Assembly: GCF_001194135.2 (NCBI RefSeq)
Contig: NC_068999.1
Location: 14,729,727 to 14,769,327, forward strand
DNA from: Octopus bimaculoides
Lineage: Eukaryota
Direction: 5' to 3'
Length of the DNA: 39,601 nucleotides
Part shown: positions 36,461 through 39,601 of the stretch, piece after piece
Layout: each line of letters opens with the position of its first letter
Position numbering within the stretch: the stretch's first letter is position 1
The notes under the pieces: model-generated
Databases searched by the model: none
The model's input: the letters and a program-made list of their open reading frames with translations, nothing else
What the model was told of the DNA's origin: nothing
Program-made: the position numbers and the translations under genes

Positions 36461-36872
36461 CACACACACGCACGCGCGCACACACGCACACACACATACG
36501 CACACACACATACACACACACGCACACACACACACACACGTATATAAATATATATAGTTGTATACAGCATATTATAATGACTTACATGTCTGCTACTTTA
36601 ACCTTGTAATATTATCACTACAGCTTCATCCGTTTTGTGGTTCTCGAAGTAAATTAATTTAAGTATATTTTTGTCAGTTAGTCTTCTGAGGGAGGTGGGG
36701 GTATTTATGTGCTGCTACCCGCAAATCCCTCCAGCTACTGTCAGAATTTGACTTATTTTTGACAAAGCACTAACTTTGGACATCGACTAGGGTAAATTTG
36801 TTGCCAGCAGCATATACCTACAGATAGCAAACCTCCCACAGACCACTAGAATTTACTTCAATTAGTTCGAAG

Positions 36873-36998
36873 ATGACCAAATGGACTGACCTTAATGAAG
36901 ATCCAACGGCAAGATTGCAAGGTTGGATTTACAACAACAGGCAGTCGCTGCAGCCGAAGCATGTGTGGGATTACTCATTTGAAGAACGTACGGAATGA
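36873..36998 (+). mobile_element. Possible decayed LINE (RTE-like) extreme C-terminus
   Basis: MTKWTDLNEDPTARLQGWIYNNRQSLQPKHVWDYSFEE loosely resembles W.GH..RM.EDR.A....W.P...R.RGRPK.RW.D. Confidence 0.35.
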
Positions 36999-37214
36999 CT
37001 AAATCATTGTAGTAGCAGACGTTAAATACTGATCGTTACGGTTAGCCGTTAACTGGAAATTAACTGAGAGCTAATACAGTATCCGGCTATACAATATATC
37101 CCTCCAAACTCCTATATGATCTAATGAAAAATAACGTATGATGGATAATTGTCAGCTGATTCTATCTGAATCTTTCTCTTACTATATATATATATTTATA
37201 TACGCATGTCTCTA

Positions 37215-37370
37215 AGTCTGCGTCTACCAAACTAACAAACACATGCTCGGGTAGTCAGCCTGGGGTTAATGTAGAAGGCACATGCCCAAAATATCACGTA
37301 CAGGGACTGAAATAAGAGCCAATTAGTTGAGAAGCAACCTTCTTACCACCAAGCCACCTATGCGCCTACT
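37215..37370 (-). mobile_element. SINE family A head/left-half fragment, diverged
   Basis: gcgtctaccaaa...tagaaggcacatgcccaa...gggactgaa...gttgagaagcaaccttcttaccacc is colinear with 17470-17615. Confidence 0.65.
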
Positions 37371-38079
37371 ATTTTGTATATGTATATTTTTTTTTTCTAC
37401 ATTTTATGAGTCCGTATATGAGCAGAAGTTCACAAATACATGAACTAGTACAGTGCGTCCAAAATATTAGATTATTAAAATATTTCTTCAGAAATAATTT
37501 TGAGAGTGCATATCGCATTCAGTAGATCTTGCTCCCTGAAAGACACATGATTTTACACTNNNNNNNNNNNNNNNNNNNNNNNNNNNNNNNNNNNNNNNNN
37601 NNNNNNNNNNNNNNNNNNNNNNNNNNNNNNNNNNNNNNNNNNNNNNNNNNNNNNNNNNNNNNNNNNNNNNNNNNNNNNNNNNNNNNNNNNNNNNNNNNNN
37701 NNNNNNNNNNNNNNNNNNNNNNNNNNNNNNNNNNNNNNNNNNNNNNNNNNNNNNNNNNNNNNNNNNNNNNNNNNNNNNNNNNNNNNNNNNNNNNNNNNNN
37801 NNNNNNNNNNNNNNNNNNNNNNNNNNNNNNNNNNNNNNNNNNNNNNNNNNNNNNNNNNNNNNNNNNNNNNNNNNNNNNNNNNNNNNNNNNNNNNNNNNNN
37901 NNNNNNNNNNNNNNNNNNNNNNNNNNNNNNNNNNNNNNNNNNNNNNNNNNNNNNNNNNNNNNNNNNNNNNNNNNNNNNNNNNNNNNNNNNNNNNNNNNNN
38001 NNNNNNNNNNNNNNNNNNNNNNNNNNNNNNNNNNNNNNNNNNNNNNNNNNNNNNNNNNNNNNNNNNNNNNNNNNNNNNN

Positions 38080-38121
<42 letters not shown>

Positions 38122-38619
38122 TAGATAGATACATACATACTAACATTCATGCATACATTCATACGTATACGCAGACGAATTTTAATATATGTATATACAT
38201 ATATATGCATATATATTTATATACAAATGTATATGTATATATGTAATATATATTTCTGTGCTTGCACGGGCCTGGTTTTGCGTGTGTCTGCGTTTAACTG
38301 AAGTTATTATAGAGAAGCAATTGAACAATAATAGCTGAAGAGTACATTAAGAGACGCTATCACACAATACTATTTATCTGGACAGAATGGTATTTATAAC
38401 AAGATTCAATTTTACGAGCCGTTCTGTTTCGCTTAACGACTTAATCAACCGATTCAAATTCTTGAAGGCAAACTTGAAATTCTCATTTAAATCTAAATTC
38501 ATTTAATGATTCTCTGTATTTGCATACGCGCCAGTGTGTGTATGTTATATCTGTTCTCTTCCAAATTCTCAGAAACGCAACTGCGATTCTGCTGGAGGTT
38601 TATTGAATGGATCCCGGTA

Positions 38620-38890
38620 ACTATTTTCTCAATGTTGTGTTACGGGGACGTAAAAACGCCAACACCTGTTGGCATCGATTGTAGACAAACACAGACACAT
38701 ACTCACACACAGAGATACATACACAGGCACACACATACACACAGACACACATACATACAAACACACTCTCTCTCCCTCTCTCTCTCTCTCATACACACAC
38801 ACACACTCTCATACACACGAATTTGTATACATATTCATACATATACAAATACGTCATCGGTTTCTATCACTTTCCATCTACCAAAATCTA
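38620..38890 (-). mobile_element. SINE family A central fragment with internal (CA)/(CT) tract
   Basis: ttacggggacgtaaa...gacaaacacagacac and tttccatctaccaaaatc flank a microsatellite, as in the other copies. Confidence 0.65.
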
Positions 38891-38974
38891 TCCCGGTGTG
38901 TGTTTGATATGTCTGAGTATGTAGTAGGGTACGCTTGAGAAAGACACCCCGAAGTGGACTGAACCAAGATACAT

Positions 38975-39360
38975 CTTGCTAACCACATAGTTCTGGGTTT
39001 AGTCCCACTGCGTCACACCTTTTGAAAGTGTCTTCTACTATAGACTCTGACCGACCAAAGACTTGTGAGTGGAATTGGTAAACAGGAACTGAAAGAAGAC
39101 TGTTGTATATATCCCTATATATCTATAGCTGTGTATCATTGTGCCTTCATATGTCCTCACATCACCACCTGCCAACCAGTTTTAGCGTGTTTACGTCCTC
39201 GTAAAAAGAAATGTGGTTCGACAAAAGAGACAAATAGGATTATTGTTAGGATTAACAAAACATTAAATCCAGGGATCGATTTATCTTGCTATAATACTTC
39301 AAGGCGGTGCTCCAGCATGGCCGTAGTCAAATGACTGAAACAAGTAAAAGAATGAAATAA
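38975..39360 (+). mobile_element. SINE family A, near full length
   Basis: aaccacatagttctgggtttagtcccactgcg...gtgtcttctactatag...ccgaccaaag..ttgtgagtgga...aaggcggtgctccagcatggccgtagtcaaatgactgaaacaagtaaaag. Confidence 0.88.
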
Positions 39361-39537
39361 TATATATATGCACAAAACCCACATACTTGCATATACACAT
39401 TCAGGGATATACATACACACACACATACATATAGATACACACATACACATATATACAAACATACTTACATCTGTACATACATGCATACATATACAATTTT
39501 TTGTGCATAGTGTTTGTATACACACACATGCATGCAT

Positions 39538-39578
<41 letters not shown>

Positions 39579-39601
39579 GCATGTGTATATGTGTGTATGT
39601 G

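Overview
AT-rich, microsatellite-saturated eukaryotic draft-assembly sequence. It is most likely octopod cephalopod DNA; this is inferred from two abundant SINE families I recognise from Octopus genomes, not from a database search. Fourteen N-gaps total about 4.7 kb (about 12%), and most abut simple repeats. I found no recognisable intact host gene, tRNA/rRNA gene or CRISPR array; nearly all supplied ORFs are artefacts of gaps or microsatellites. The window reads as a large intron or intergenic transposon graveyard. It contains two R4/Dong-clade non-LTR 3' ends (restriction-like endonuclease region), a Penelope-like ORF remnant fused tail-to-tail to an RTE reverse-transcriptase remnant, a CR1/L2-like RT remnant, two further RTE-like C-terminal relics, two hAT-type MITEs, about 14 SINE copies from two families, and a decayed Penelope-type hammerhead ribozyme motif. 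I could not establish a new biological system with confidence. The best leads are: (1) a 110-bp inverted repeat with a stem-conserved internal hairpin, lying beside a textbook 16-nt micro-exon signal and enclosing a CAG|GTAAGT site (14.8-15.65 kb); (2) apparent microsatellite-directed insertion by several element families; (3) a 3' stem-loop module shared by the two SINE families; and (4) short candidate exons with strong splice signals but no recognisable homology.
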